Part shown: piece after piece, positions 1 through 9,155 of the stretch
Position numbering within the stretch: the stretch's first letter is position 1
Layout: every line of letters starts with the position of its first letter
Assembly (NCBI GenBank): GCA_963739345.1
Contig: CAVUAA010000002.1
Coordinates: 330,713-394,712, forward strand
Source: an uncultured Verrucomicrobiae bacterium
GTDB taxonomy: Bacteria; Chlamydiota; Chlamydiia; Chlamydiales; JAFEGQ01
DNA length: 64,000 nt
Direction: 5' to 3'
Notes under the pieces: generated by a model
Databases searched by the model: none
What the model was told of the DNA's origin: nothing
Seen by the model: the letters and a program-made list of their open reading frames with translations, nothing else
Program-made: the position numbers and the translations under genes

Positions 1-13
1 GATTACGACTACT

Positions 14-511
14 TTGATCGTCTTTAGCGTTCTTTCTCTTGCGTGCGCCAATCTTGTGAATATTTATTTTGGTGCGGCTGGCTGGGGCGCCTTCTATAAA
101 AAGGACACTCTGACTTTCTCGCACCGCTGGAGTAAGGAGCGCCTGGCGGCCACGGGTCTATTGGGTATAGGGCTATTCTCCGCACTGCGCCTGCCTCCAT
201 GGACCTATACTGCCGAAAACTTACTCATCGGTATACTGGGCTGTTTGGTTGTGACCCTTCTCGGAGCAGTCGCAACACAGTTAATATCCAAGCATAGACC
301 TCGTAAGGGTGGGCGGATCGTTAACAATATCGCATGGTTAATAGGGGGGCTGGCGGTTGTCCTTGTAGAGTTTGGAGTCATCCCGACCAAAATAGGAGCT
401 CTTGCCTCAGGGGTCACTACAACCGCGATCTGTCTCTTAGTCATTCTTTTTCTGGAGGAAACTAGCTGGTCCGCAAACAAACTGCTGTCCGGGGAAGGCC
501 AGCGTTACTGA
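14..511 (+). CDS. hypothetical polytopic membrane protein; the frame is open to the window edge, so the true start may lie upstream
   Basis: 165-codon ORF with several hydrophobic helices (LLIGILGCLVVTLLGAVA, IAWLIGGLAVVLVEFGVI, TTTAICLLVILFL). There is no in-frame stop between nt 2 and 14. Confidence 0.45.
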   Translation: MIVFSVLSLACANLVNIYFGAAGWGAFYKKDTLTFSHRWSKERLAATGLLGIGLFSALRLPPWTYTAENLLIGILGCLVVTLLGAVATQLISKHRPRKGGRIVNNIAWLIGGLAVVLVEFGVIPTKIGALASGVTTTAICLLVILFLEETSWSANKLLSGEGQRY

Positions 512-727
512 GTAGACGTTCGGCTCCCTTTGTCTTTATCGCCTGCCATAAGATCCACTACAACAGCCCGGTAGTCGCTATTTTGAGAAGCGCCGCCTAG
601 GACTGCGGATCAGAGGGGAGCAGGGTGAGAAGCCCGCAAGCATCTAGTCTCCTGTTGTTTGTTGATTTTTATCTAGAATTGTGCTAATATAGTTTCGCCC
701 TAATGCTTAGGGGATTAAGGTGGGAGA

Positions 728-1894
728 ATGACTGCGATACTCACAATCGGTGCGCGACCTCAGAAGTCGGCTCATGCGCTCGATCGGTCTCTGCATCCTT
801 TTGGGGAGCAGCTAGTTCCGATTACGGAGTTGATCGCCGGTGGGCAGCAAATCGGTGCTGCTTTAACAGAGTTCTGCTATGAGGCAGTAATTTCGGCATG
901 TCGAGCCTTTTTAGCCGCTCAATATTCGTCCTTTGATGCTCATACTGTCACTAATTGCTGCCATGGTGTCGCCGTACTTGCGCAGGAGGTCTTATGGCAA
1001 TGCTCGACATGCCCGATCGCCGAAATATGTGACCAGGCTTCGGACTTCCTTCGCCGGTGGAAGGATCAGGAACTTCACGTTGAATTTACGAGATGGAGAT
1101 TGCCAGGGCCCATCGTATTTCTTACGAAGCTCTACCTGCTTGCGCAGGCGGCTTCCAAGGAATCAACTGGAGTGCGGATTTCGCGGCCGGAAGAACTGCA
1201 ACGGATTTACTCGCTTGGCACAAAGTTTAGTAGGCGGCTCGTTAAGAATTTGCAGAGAGAGATTTCAAATCTTGTCGCGGCGAGGTATTCGCAGCTTGCT
1301 CGACGAGTGACCGATGCAAACAGCTGTGGCGTGTCAATTGCTAAGTGGGCCGAATATGCTGAACGGTCACATATCAGAGAGGATAAACGAGGGCGGCAAT
1401 ACGCACCGGCGATATTCTCGATGCAAGTGGTATTGGCTTACCTTGCTCGGCTAGGAGCCCCGATAGCGCTCCGCTGTGACCTGGTTGACGAATCGGGTGA
1501 ATTTAGATCACGATACACGAAAATTGTGCGCGGCCATCTGCGAAATCGAACAGGATCCTTAAGGGATCAAGCCGATCCGGTCGTGGTTTTTCATGGATTT
1601 TGTCGCGATAGTGAGCTTAAAGAGGAGCACTTCCAGTTGCGACTCAATTCTTGGTCTCAAAATATTGACAGCCTTATTCTTGCGAATGATCTTCACTATC
1701 CACAGTATCCTAGAGTGATTGATGATCCAGAGTTTGATTGTTCACCTATTTCTCCGCGAGAAAATGAGATCGTTTCTGTGCTCCAGCGTCATAGTGCCCT
1801 TAAGGGTGTATCGGCCGAGGACCCCCACCTCTTCTGTCTTTCGCATGTTTTTGTCGCTAGCTCTCGGGAAATACTCTCCGCAAAGGGAAAATAG
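728..1894 (+). CDS. hypothetical protein with no recognisable domain
   Basis: 388-codon ATG ORF preceded by a GGTGGGAG Shine-Dalgarno-like sequence. GC looks lower than in neighbouring genes. Confidence 0.5.
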   Translation: MTAILTIGARPQKSAHALDRSLHPFGEQLVPITELIAGGQQIGAALTEFCYEAVISACRAFLAAQYSSFDAHTVTNCCHGVAVLAQEVLWQCSTCPIAEICDQASDFLRRWKDQELHVEFTRWRLPGPIVFLTKLYLLAQAASKESTGVRISRPEELQRIYSLGTKFSRRLVKNLQREISNLVAARYSQLARRVTDANSCGVSIAKWAEYAERSHIREDKRGRQYAPAIFSMQVVLAYLARLGAPIALRCDLVDESGEFRSRYTKIVRGHLRNRTGSLRDQADPVVVFHGFCRDSELKEEHFQLRLNSWSQNIDSLILANDLHYPQYPRVIDDPEFDCSPISPRENEIVSVLQRHSALKGVSAEDPHLFCLSHVFVASSREILSAKGK

Positions 1895-1953
1895 GAGCCA
1901 GCAGTTGGGCCTCTGCGCATGCGTATCGGGGGTGCTGAGTTAGGAGCTATTGG

Positions 1954-2161
1954 ATGCACGCAAATTATTCATTGTTGGTGAACATCCGATCAGAGACGGT
2001 CAGGGGAGCGAATCGCTAACAGTCTTGCATGGGTGATCGGAAGCCTGGCGGTGTGCCTGGTGAAGTTGCAGATCATTCCGACGAGCATAGAATTCCGGGA
2101 TATAGGAGTCACTATCACGGCGGTCTGCCCCGTAGTAATTCTTTTTCTGGGGGGAAACTAG
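1954..2161 (+). pseudogene. decayed duplicate of the 3' end of the 14..511 membrane-protein gene
   Basis: Translation RIANSLAWVIGSLAVCLVKLQIIPTSIEF..TAVCPVVILFLGGN* aligns with RIVNNIAWLIGGLAVVLVEFGVIPTKIGA..TAICLLVILFLEETSW of ORF 14..511. There is no start codon, the upstream part is in another frame, and the stop at 2159-2161 is premature. Confidence 0.5.
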
Positions 2162-2306
2162 CTGGTGCGCTAGCCGACTAGTGTTCGTCGGCAAAAACTC
2201 CATTGACTGAGCGCTCAAGCTGTTCGTGCTCCCAGTTGAGGTTTTCTTTGCGGGGGCTTAATGTGGGTGTGCTCCAAATCTACGATGTCTGCAAAGGAGG
2301 ATTTCG

Positions 2307-4760
2307 ATGGTCGATGCATTTTTTCCCAAGTCTAAGGTTGAGGTTCCGTTGAGATGTCGGTTGTGGATCTTGTCGTTTGTGGGTGAGAGGGACTTGGGGG
2401 CGCTTAGGGTGGCATCGAAGGTGTGGAATGAGTTTGGGGGGGAGTATGGGAGAGAGGAGTGGGCCGCGCTGAGGGAAGGGGGCCAGGTGCGAGATATCAC
2501 GGTGCCGCTGTTGAGGTTGGGGCGGGTGGTGAATGTCGACTGTGGGAAGTTGACGGGGCTGAAGGCGCTGGGGGAGCGAGTTAAGGGAAAAATGGTGTCG
2601 GTGACGCTGCGGAACTTGAGGGCGAGAGTTAGTGTTCAGGAGGTTTGCCGATTTTTGGCGGGACTGGGAGGGGTGGAGACGGTCGTGATTGATGGCTATC
2701 CGCTGTTGACAGAAGAGCGGGTTGGGTTGGTGGCGAGATATATTCCAAAAGGGGTGAAGCAGATTTGTTTTTGTGGCTGTCCGGGAGAGGGAATGTTGGT
2801 GGTCTCGCCGGGAGCAACGGACGAGAGGGTGATTGCGCTGGCAGAGGGGCTGAAGCTGAGCAAGAGACGGGTGGAAGTGGTAGACCTGCGGAACTGCTTC
2901 GAGCTGACCGATGAGTGTGCTGGAGCTCTCTGTAGAGCAGTGAGCCAGGCGAGAGTGGTTCGGCTGGGCGGGTGTGCCGGTTTTTCGGTGGATGGGATGC
3001 GCGATATCTTTGATGACCTCTCCCCAGGAATTGAGTCGATTGACGTGAGTGGATGTTCGGGTTTTACAGATGCTGTCGCGATTGGGGTGGCGATGCAGCT
3101 TAGTCAGACGTTGCAGCGGCTTGATGTGAGGCATTGTGAAATCCTGACTAATAAGGGTTTGACTGCGCTAGTGAAGGCGCTGCCAAAGGGATTCTCAGAA
3201 CTTGCGGTGAGAGGCAATAGATTTGGGGATGAGAAGTTAGCGGTGATTTTGGGCATGCTCGAAGGTTCGGGGATAGGGAAGATTACGATTGCTGGAGAGG
3301 TTGGGGCACAGGTCACAGAGGTGCTTAGTAAGCTTGGCCTTCGGCTGGGTCAGGCGGGAGTGGAGGAGTCTGTCTATGAGTGCGATCAGGAAGAGAAGAA
3401 TCCTGGGCAAAGAGAGCCAAACTCTCCACACAGTGCTTCTAATAGTCCTCCGAGAAATGGACTGAAACCGTCGCTTATACTGGTGGAGGAGGAGGCTGAC
3501 TTAATTGAGTTGGCAGAAAAGGGAGACTTAAAGGCTCAGCTGGCTCTGGGAAAGCTCTACCGGGCGAAAGTTAGGAAGGCGAAGGGGCGCGAAGAAAGAG
3601 AAAAAGCAAGGGCAGCTGCAATCAAGTGGCTACGACAGCCAGCGAAGGCTGGAATATTGGAGGGACAGTATCTTCTAGCTTGCTGTCTAGAAGGCTCGTC
3701 AGAAGATGACGCTGCAGAATGGGCTACCTGGCTACACAGGGCGGCTAATGGAGGATATAGGGAGGCTCAATTCGAACTGGCAAATTCCTATCGTTTCGGT
3801 AATCAAAAAGGGGTGCCCAAAAATCTCCAGCTTCGATTCAAGTATCTTCTAATGGCGGCGAGGTTGAACCACGCTGAGGCCCAGCATGAGGTGTCGAGCT
3901 GCTATTCGTGGGGTGAGGGGACTGGGGAGTGTGAGAAATTAGCGAATTATTGGTTAGAGCAGGCTGCGGTCAATGGGTGTTCGGGAGCCCAATGGAGTCT
4001 GGGTCGTTCGCTTCTGACAGGGTCAGGTTTGAAGCGGAATCCAGTGAAAGCTGTTAGGTGTTTCGAAGACGCTGCAGGTCTAGGGGACAGATTGGCTAAG
4101 ATCGACCTAGGTAGGTGTTTAAGAGATGGGGTAGGAACGGGCAAGAATCCGGAGAGGGCGGTCCAGCTTTTCAAAGAAGTCATTAGCGTGTCAGAGACGC
4201 CTCCCTATACTTTTTTAAGCTATAGTGCGCGTGCCAAGCTAGAGCTGGCCAAGTGTTTGGCTAAGGGTATAGGAATTGGCAAGAATATCGACGAGGCCAA
4301 GGAAATGCTCGAGACAATGTATGCAGATAAGAGGCTTCGGGGAAAGAAGGCGCATGGAGATGTGATGATTTACCTCGGGACCTGTTTCGAGACAGGGCTT
4401 CTAGGTGAACAGGACTACACGAAGGCTGTTGCGTTGTATAGAGAGGCGCGCCAGAACCAGAACTGTTATGCAAAGGCTGCTGCTAGGCTTGGGATGTGCT
4501 ACTTCTATGGCCGGGGCGTGCCAGTGGATCGGAAGAAGGCGTACGATTTATTTAAGGATGAATATTGCCATGACCAAGATGCCGCGTATCATGCGGGCCT
4601 CTGTTTTGAAAAAGGCTGGGGCGTGGCCAAGAGCAAGATGTTCGCTAAAATGCGCTATGAGTGGGTCATCAGCGAGAGTCGTAATCACGGCAAATCAGGC
4701 CATCGTGTGGGGGAAGCGCAGGCAGGGCTCAAGCGGCTTGATGAGTGCGTGATTCTGTAA
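2307..4760 (+). CDS. eukaryote-like repeat protein: N-terminal F-box-like motif, Cys-containing leucine-rich repeats, C-terminal Sel1-like repeats
   Basis: F-box-like VPLRCRLWILSFVGERDLGALRVASKVWNEF. FBXL-type LRRs (LRNCFELTDECAGALC, LGGCAGFSVDGMRDIF, VSGCSGFTDAVAIGV, VRHCEILTNKGLTAL). Sel1 repeats (AEKGDLKAQLALGKLY, AANGGYREAQFELANSY, LNHAEAQHEVSSCYSWG, AVNGCSGAQWSLGRSL, GDRLAKIDLGRCLRDGVG). Confidence 0.75.
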   Translation: MVDAFFPKSKVEVPLRCRLWILSFVGERDLGALRVASKVWNEFGGEYGREEWAALREGGQVRDITVPLLRLGRVVNVDCGKLTGLKALGERVKGKMVSVTLRNLRARVSVQEVCRFLAGLGGVETVVIDGYPLLTEERVGLVARYIPKGVKQICFCGCPGEGMLVVSPGATDERVIALAEGLKLSKRRVEVVDLRNCFELTDECAGALCRAVSQARVVRLGGCAGFSVDGMRDIFDDLSPGIESIDVSGCSGFTDAVAIGVAMQLSQTLQRLDVRHCEILTNKGLTALVKALPKGFSELAVRGNRFGDEKLAVILGMLEGSGIGKITIAGEVGAQVTEVLSKLGLRLGQAGVEESVYECDQEEKNPGQREPNSPHSASNSPPRNGLKPSLILVEEEADLIELAEKGDLKAQLALGKLYRAKVRKAKGREEREKARAAAIKWLRQPAKAGILEGQYLLACCLEGSSEDDAAEWATWLHRAANGGYREAQFELANSYRFGNQKGVPKNLQLRFKYLLMAARLNHAEAQHEVSSCYSWGEGTGECEKLANYWLEQAAVNGCSGAQWSLGRSLLTGSGLKRNPVKAVRCFEDAAGLGDRLAKIDLGRCLRDGVGTGKNPERAVQLFKEVISVSETPPYTFLSYSARAKLELAKCLAKGIGIGKNIDEAKEMLETMYADKRLRGKKAHGDVMIYLGTCFETGLLGEQDYTKAVALYREARQNQNCYAKAAARLGMCYFYGRGVPVDRKKAYDLFKDEYCHDQDAAYHAGLCFEKGWGVAKSKMFAKMRYEWVISESRNHGKSGHRVGEAQAGLKRLDECVIL

Positions 4761-4800
4761 TCAGCTTTGCGGTTAGTTCAGGTTCGGAAGGAGGTGAATG

Positions 4801-4845
4801 CTGACTGAATATCGACGGTATGCCGCTATTCAGTCAGCTTTTTCT
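4801..4845 (+). terminator. rho-independent terminator downstream of the F-box/LRR/Sel1 gene
   Basis: 12-bp perfect stem gctgactgaata (4801-4812) / tattcagtcagc (4828-4839), followed by TTTTT. Confidence 0.65.
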
Positions 4846-4936
4846 GTCGAATGGGTGACTCAAAATCGACAGCGTGCTGTTATTTTGGACACGTGATGTG
4901 CTTTTGCTGGCGCGGGTATGGCAAGGAGGATGGGGG

Positions 4937-6115
4937 TTAGAGGATGGCGGTGAGCTGGAAGCCGAGGACGAGGGCGTTGGGGAGGGTGGAGGTGGCGCCG
5001 GGGTTGAGGATGCACTGGGCTAGGGGGGTGAGGTAGAGGCCAGGGCGGATGTAAAACCAGTGGTTGAGCTCGAGGACGGCTTCGTAGGTTAAGGGAGCAG
5101 TGGTGAGCTGGCCAACGAGGCCGCTGCGGACGCGGGAGCTGATCTGGGTGCGGAGCTGGCCACTGAATGATCCGAAAGCAAAGCCGAAGTTGGTGTGGTC
5201 TCTGAGATGTTCAAGGACTAGGCCGGTGGCAAAGAAGTAGGGAAGCTGGTTGCGGTCGTCGTTGGCGACAAGGCCCATGCCCCAAAGATAGAGGGTGTGG
5301 TGGGGAGTCTTTAGAATCTGTTGGTCGCAAACGGTGTAAAAGCCGTAGTTGCCAGTGACGGTGCTGCCGTCAAAGAGGGGATGGCGGCCGGTGATATAGT
5401 AGGCGCCAAAACGGTAGACGCCGCGGCGGTGAGCGAGATCAAGCTGACCCATGAGCATGACGCCGTCAGTCGTGTGAAAGGACCAGTTAAAGCCGTGGTA
5501 GGACTTGTCAAGAACGCCCTCAACGCCGTTATAGACGCCCGCCCTAAAGGTGAGGTAGGGGGTGAGGTCGGTCTGGAAATAGGCAGCCCAGAGGGCAAAG
5601 GGGTCGGCGGGGAAGGGGGTGTCGAAGTAAAAAGAGATGGGATTGTAGTCGATGGCAAGGGTGATGTAGTTGATAAAGAGGGGAGAGTTGGCAAATTCGC
5701 TACTGGCACACATGCGGCCGGCGCGGATGAGGGTGTTGTGATAGGGGAGGGTTTGTTGAAAGTAGAGCTCGTCAAGGTAGTAGGTGGTTGGAGACCACCA
5801 AGCTGCGACGGTGAACTGGTTGCCGATGGTCTGGGAGAGGTTTTGACCGGTCCAGTAAGAGGCGGAGGCGAAGAGGGAGAGGCCAGGCCAGAGGCGACAG
5901 AGGTCGGCGTCGGCTGTGACGTAAAGACAGCCGGCATTAGCAAGGCCTTGGTTGCGGCCGCCGACGGGGTTGCCCTGGACGTCGTTCCAGTAGGAGGCGT
6001 GGAGGTCGAGGTAGGGGAGGCGGTTCCAGTCTCCAAGGAGATGGTCGTCAGGGATAGGAGGATAGGTGGCGAAGAGGGGAAGGGTGAGAAGGAGTAGGAG
6101 GAGTTTAGCTGACAT
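4937..6115 (-). CDS. OprB-family carbohydrate-selective porin
   Basis: Start taken at ATG 6115 (MSAKLLLLLLTLPLFA signal peptide); the longer ORF to 6448 overlaps the ABC gene. It has the OprB-like N-terminal LLGDWNRLPYLDL...VGGRNQG, beta-strand-rich sequence and an aromatic-rich C-terminus. Confidence 0.65.
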   Translation of the reverse strand: MSAKLLLLLLTLPLFATYPPIPDDHLLGDWNRLPYLDLHASYWNDVQGNPVGGRNQGLANAGCLYVTADADLCRLWPGLSLFASASYWTGQNLSQTIGNQFTVAAWWSPTTYYLDELYFQQTLPYHNTLIRAGRMCASSEFANSPLFINYITLAIDYNPISFYFDTPFPADPFALWAAYFQTDLTPYLTFRAGVYNGVEGVLDKSYHGFNWSFHTTDGVMLMGQLDLAHRRGVYRFGAYYITGRHPLFDGSTVTGNYGFYTVCDQQILKTPHHTLYLWGMGLVANDDRNQLPYFFATGLVLEHLRDHTNFGFAFGSFSGQLRTQISSRVRSGLVGQLTTAPLTYEAVLELNHWFYIRPGLYLTPLAQCILNPGATSTLPNALVLGFQLTAIL

Positions 6116-7877
6116 GGGGTGTGTACCGAGAGGCTTGGAGGTTGAAGAGGGTGGCGTAGGGGCCCTGGTTTGTGAGAAGGGTGCGGTGGGGGCCCTGCTC
6201 GAGGATGTGGCCCTCTTTGAGGAGGATGATCTTGTCAGCCATACCGACTGCGCCGAGGCGGTGGGTGACGAAGAGGGTAGTGATGTAGGTCGATACGCGT
6301 GTGAAGGATTCGAAGACTTCGTGTTCGCTGCGGGGGTCGAGGGAGGCGGAGGGTTCGTCAAGGACGAGAAGTTGGGGCTGTTTGCGAAGGAAGGCTCTTG
6401 CCATGGCAAGTTTTTGCCATTGGCCTCCGGAGAGGTCAGTGCCGCCAAATTGGGGGCCTAGGGGGGAGTCTAGTCTTTCGTCGGCGAGCGAGAGGGCGCT
6501 GCTGTTCTCTAGAGCTTGTCGGAGTTCGTTGAGGGTGGCGCGGTTGCCGGCATCGCCAAGCTCAATGTTTTCGCGTAGGGTAAAGTGGTAGCGGCCATAG
6601 TCTTGGAAAAGGGCGCTGCAATGCTTGCGCCATTGCTCGAGATCGAGATCTTTTAGGTCGACGCCGTCGATGGTGATGCGGCCGCCAGTGGGATCGTAGA
6701 AACGGAGCAGAAGCTTGACGAGGGTGGTTTTGCCGGCTCCATTTTCACCGACTAAGGCTACTTTTTCTCCAGGAGCTATGCTGAAGGAGATATTTTGTAG
6801 GGCGAGTCGTCCATCAGGGTAGGCGAAGCTGACGGATTCGAAACGGATGCCTTTGGCTATGCGGGTAAAGGGGTGGGGGGTGGGAGAGCGAGGAAGTTGT
6901 AGGTCGCGACGTGTGAGGAATGCGCGGAAGCGGACAAAGTAGTCGAGGGCTGGATTGAGCATGGCGAGGTCTTGAAGAAGGCCTGCAAGCTGGGCTTGTA
7001 GGAGGGTAAAGCCTTGCAATGCCACAATGAGAGCTGCAGGGGGAAGGGCGTTGGTACGAGCGCGCAGGATGAGCCACAGCAGGACGCCGATGTAGCCGCA
7101 AACGGTGAGAAGGGAGGCGCTCATTGCCGGCAAGATTTCGCGCCAGCAGCGGGCGCTGAAGGCTTGTAGAAATTGAGAAACTGTCTGTTTGTACTGTTGC
7201 ACGAGGAACGGCCCGAAGCCAAAGATCCGCATTTCAGTGACTGAGGGGGTCTTGACACAGAGTGAGGAGAGCCATCGAAGTCGCTGCGCTTCCTTGCCGC
7301 TAAACAGGCTCTGATTCCATCGCAGCTTCTCAAACCACATGATTGCCAGAGAGTGAGGGAGCGAGGCGATGAGTACGACGAGTCCAAGCGACCAGCTGAA
7401 GGTAGAGAGGAGGAAGGTAATGCAGCCGATGGAGATGGCTCCTTGCAGGAGATCTGTCAGGACGTAGACGACGTTCATCGGTCGTCTTGACGATTCGACT
7501 TCTAGGAAGTCGAGTTCAGAGCGTAGGTCTTTGGACTCAAATGGGGAGAGTCCATCGATGCTGTTGCTCTTTTCCATGAGCTTGGTGTTGAAGTGGGCAA
7601 GAGCTTTCTCATTGAGCCGGATGCGAAGGATGGATAGGAGGGGATAGCTCGCTTTTTCACTAAGGAAAACGGTTCCCCAGAGAATGAGAAGGGTGATCGG
7701 CCACGCGGTTGTGGGGCTGATGACCCAATTCACGGTTTGTTGCAGTGCGACGAGCGACACAAGGGGAATTGCGCCAAGCGTAGCAGTGAGAAGCACAAGC
7801 GTTAGGAGCTCCCACCATCCGGCAGAGGCTAGCTGTTTCAAGCCCCAAGTTAAGGCGCGTAGCGAACGGGTTCGCAT
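6105..7877 (-). CDS. ABC exporter, fused permease and ATPase (MsbA/ABCB-like)
   Basis: N-terminal 6-TM region. Walker A GENGAGKTT, signature LSGGQWQKLAMARAF, Walker B LLVLDEPSASLD. Confidence 0.85.
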   Translation of the reverse strand: MRTRSLRALTWGLKQLASAGWWELLTLVLLTATLGAIPLVSLVALQQTVNWVISPTTAWPITLLILWGTVFLSEKASYPLLSILRIRLNEKALAHFNTKLMEKSNSIDGLSPFESKDLRSELDFLEVESSRRPMNVVYVLTDLLQGAISIGCITFLLSTFSWSLGLVVLIASLPHSLAIMWFEKLRWNQSLFSGKEAQRLRWLSSLCVKTPSVTEMRIFGFGPFLVQQYKQTVSQFLQAFSARCWREILPAMSASLLTVCGYIGVLLWLILRARTNALPPAALIVALQGFTLLQAQLAGLLQDLAMLNPALDYFVRFRAFLTRRDLQLPRSPTPHPFTRIAKGIRFESVSFAYPDGRLALQNISFSIAPGEKVALVGENGAGKTTLVKLLLRFYDPTGGRITIDGVDLKDLDLEQWRKHCSALFQDYGRYHFTLRENIELGDAGNRATLNELRQALENSSALSLADERLDSPLGPQFGGTDLSGGQWQKLAMARAFLRKQPQLLVLDEPSASLDPRSEHEVFESFTRVSTYITTLFVTHRLGAVGMADKIILLKEGHILEQGPHRTLLTNQGPYATLFNLQASRYTPHVS

Positions 7878-8201
7878 CAGCTCGCCTCCGGAATCGTAAG
7901 GTGTCGTTTAATGATTTCTATGTTGAAGTCTCTTCGCTCTGGGTTGCGATTGGCGCCTTGTCTCGTCGTTGCATAGCAAAATCTTTGGCCGCTTGGAAGT
8001 CGCAGCTTAAGTCTGGTTGGTGCAGGCGGCGTTGCAGGTAGAGGTAGGACGATGTTTTGCGCATTACACACCTAACTTTAAGCGCAGAAACATTAGTCCA
8101 CCAGTCCTGATCATTAAGGAGATTGTTCCAGGCGGTACTTATTCGACTGTAGATGTAGCAGACTGCTGGTCGACCAGGGAAACCGGCCAGGCGTGTGGCG
8201 A

Positions 8202-9155
8202 TTAATCGATGGAAAGGCTGGAGAGGTAGGCCTGGAGCTGGCCATAGGTAGCGCGATCGGTATCTGTGATGTCGTAGTCGACTGATTGAAGCTTGTGGAG
8301 CTCGGCGAGGGTTGTGTCTAGGTCGATAAGGGCTCCAAGTCGTTTGAAGTGAGACCAAACGATATAGCCTTCGCCGAAGGCAGCGTTATGCTTGAGCTCG
8401 GTATAAGCTTCTGCTGTGGGGACCAATTCAGCCGGTGAGCAATCTAGGGGTTCATCTAGGGGTGGCTGGGTGAGGGCGCCTCCGGAGGCAATGAGTTCTA
8501 TAGTTGCGATGAGGGTAAGGTTAGGCTCAATGAACGATTGTGAGCCGTAGGCCCATTTTGGATGAATGTGCATCTGGCGGATCTCCCCTGGGCGCATGCC
8601 GATTATACCTCTGCGCATCCCAATGATGAGGTCTGTGAGGAAGTGTTCGCGGGGGATGACATCGATGAAGGTATCGGCTAGGCACTCGCCGGTCTCGGAA
8701 GCTGGAAGGCGCCGGATACGATAACGCAATTTTACTGATTCGGTGTTCTCGTGGACGGCGGAGCCACGTCCGGGAGTCAAAGTTTTAACGTATATTTCGT
8801 GCGGTATGATGGAATCAAAGGTGTCGTCATGTGAGACTTCTACGAAGTGTTGTTCGCTAGCCAGCAGATTTGCCACGGCCTGATGGGATAGTCGGCCCTC
8901 GTGATATTTCATCAAGGTAGCGTAGACGTCAGCGTTAGTTAGGCAAGACGAGCCTTTTTCAGCGGCTTTCATTCCACAAACGAGCTCGTTAATGTAGGCT
9001 TGGTCTTTCTCCAACGCACCGTAGAATATTGCGCTGGCGACACTGCGGGCTTTGGACTCTTGGCTTAGGCTTTCTAGGTGAGAGGCTTGGGAAGGGGCGG
9101 CTGCGGCTAGCGGTAGAGAGCAGAGGGCAAGTGTGGTTAGGATTTTCACGAACAC
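8202..9155 (-). CDS. secreted FKBP-type peptidyl-prolyl isomerase (Mip-like)
   Basis: Signal peptide MFVKILTTLALCSLPLAAAAP. FKBP-like core VKLRYRI...LIIGMRRGIIGMRPGEIRQMHIHPKWAYG. Confidence 0.6.
   Translation of the reverse strand: MFVKILTTLALCSLPLAAAAPSQASHLESLSQESKARSVASAIFYGALEKDQAYINELVCGMKAAEKGSSCLTNADVYATLMKYHEGRLSHQAVANLLASEQHFVEVSHDDTFDSIIPHEIYVKTLTPGRGSAVHENTESVKLRYRIRRLPASETGECLADTFIDVIPREHFLTDLIIGMRRGIIGMRPGEIRQMHIHPKWAYGSQSFIEPNLTLIATIELIASGGALTQPPLDEPLDCSPAELVPTAEAYTELKHNAAFGEGYIVWSHFKRLGALIDLDTTLAELHKLQSVDYDITDTDRATYGQLQAYLSSLSID

Noticed and set aside
5311-6097. 241-aa minus-strand and 258-aa plus-strand ORFs inside the porin gene
   Set aside because: These are alternative-frame and antisense products with biased composition (Thr/Ser/Pro-rich or Gly/Val/Glu-rich). 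The OprB-like frame has a signal peptide and beta-barrel character.
6116-6448. N-terminal extensions of several track ORFs (4937..6448, 21961..23118, 24719..25891, 25453..26727, 26270..27205, 47335..48741, 55636..56625, 62275..63432)
   Set aside because: The extensions overlap well-supported neighbouring genes and are Pro/Arg/Ser-rich. Internal start codons give canonical N-termini, often with ATGA/TGATG coupling, so the shorter coordinates were used.
7877-8358. ORFs 7918..8358 (146 aa) and 7877..8071 (64 aa) on the minus strand, and 8017..8205 on the plus strand
   Set aside because: There are no motifs. The composition is Arg/Pro/Ser-rich, and the longest ORF overlaps the 3' end of the FKBP gene. 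The region is treated as intergenic.
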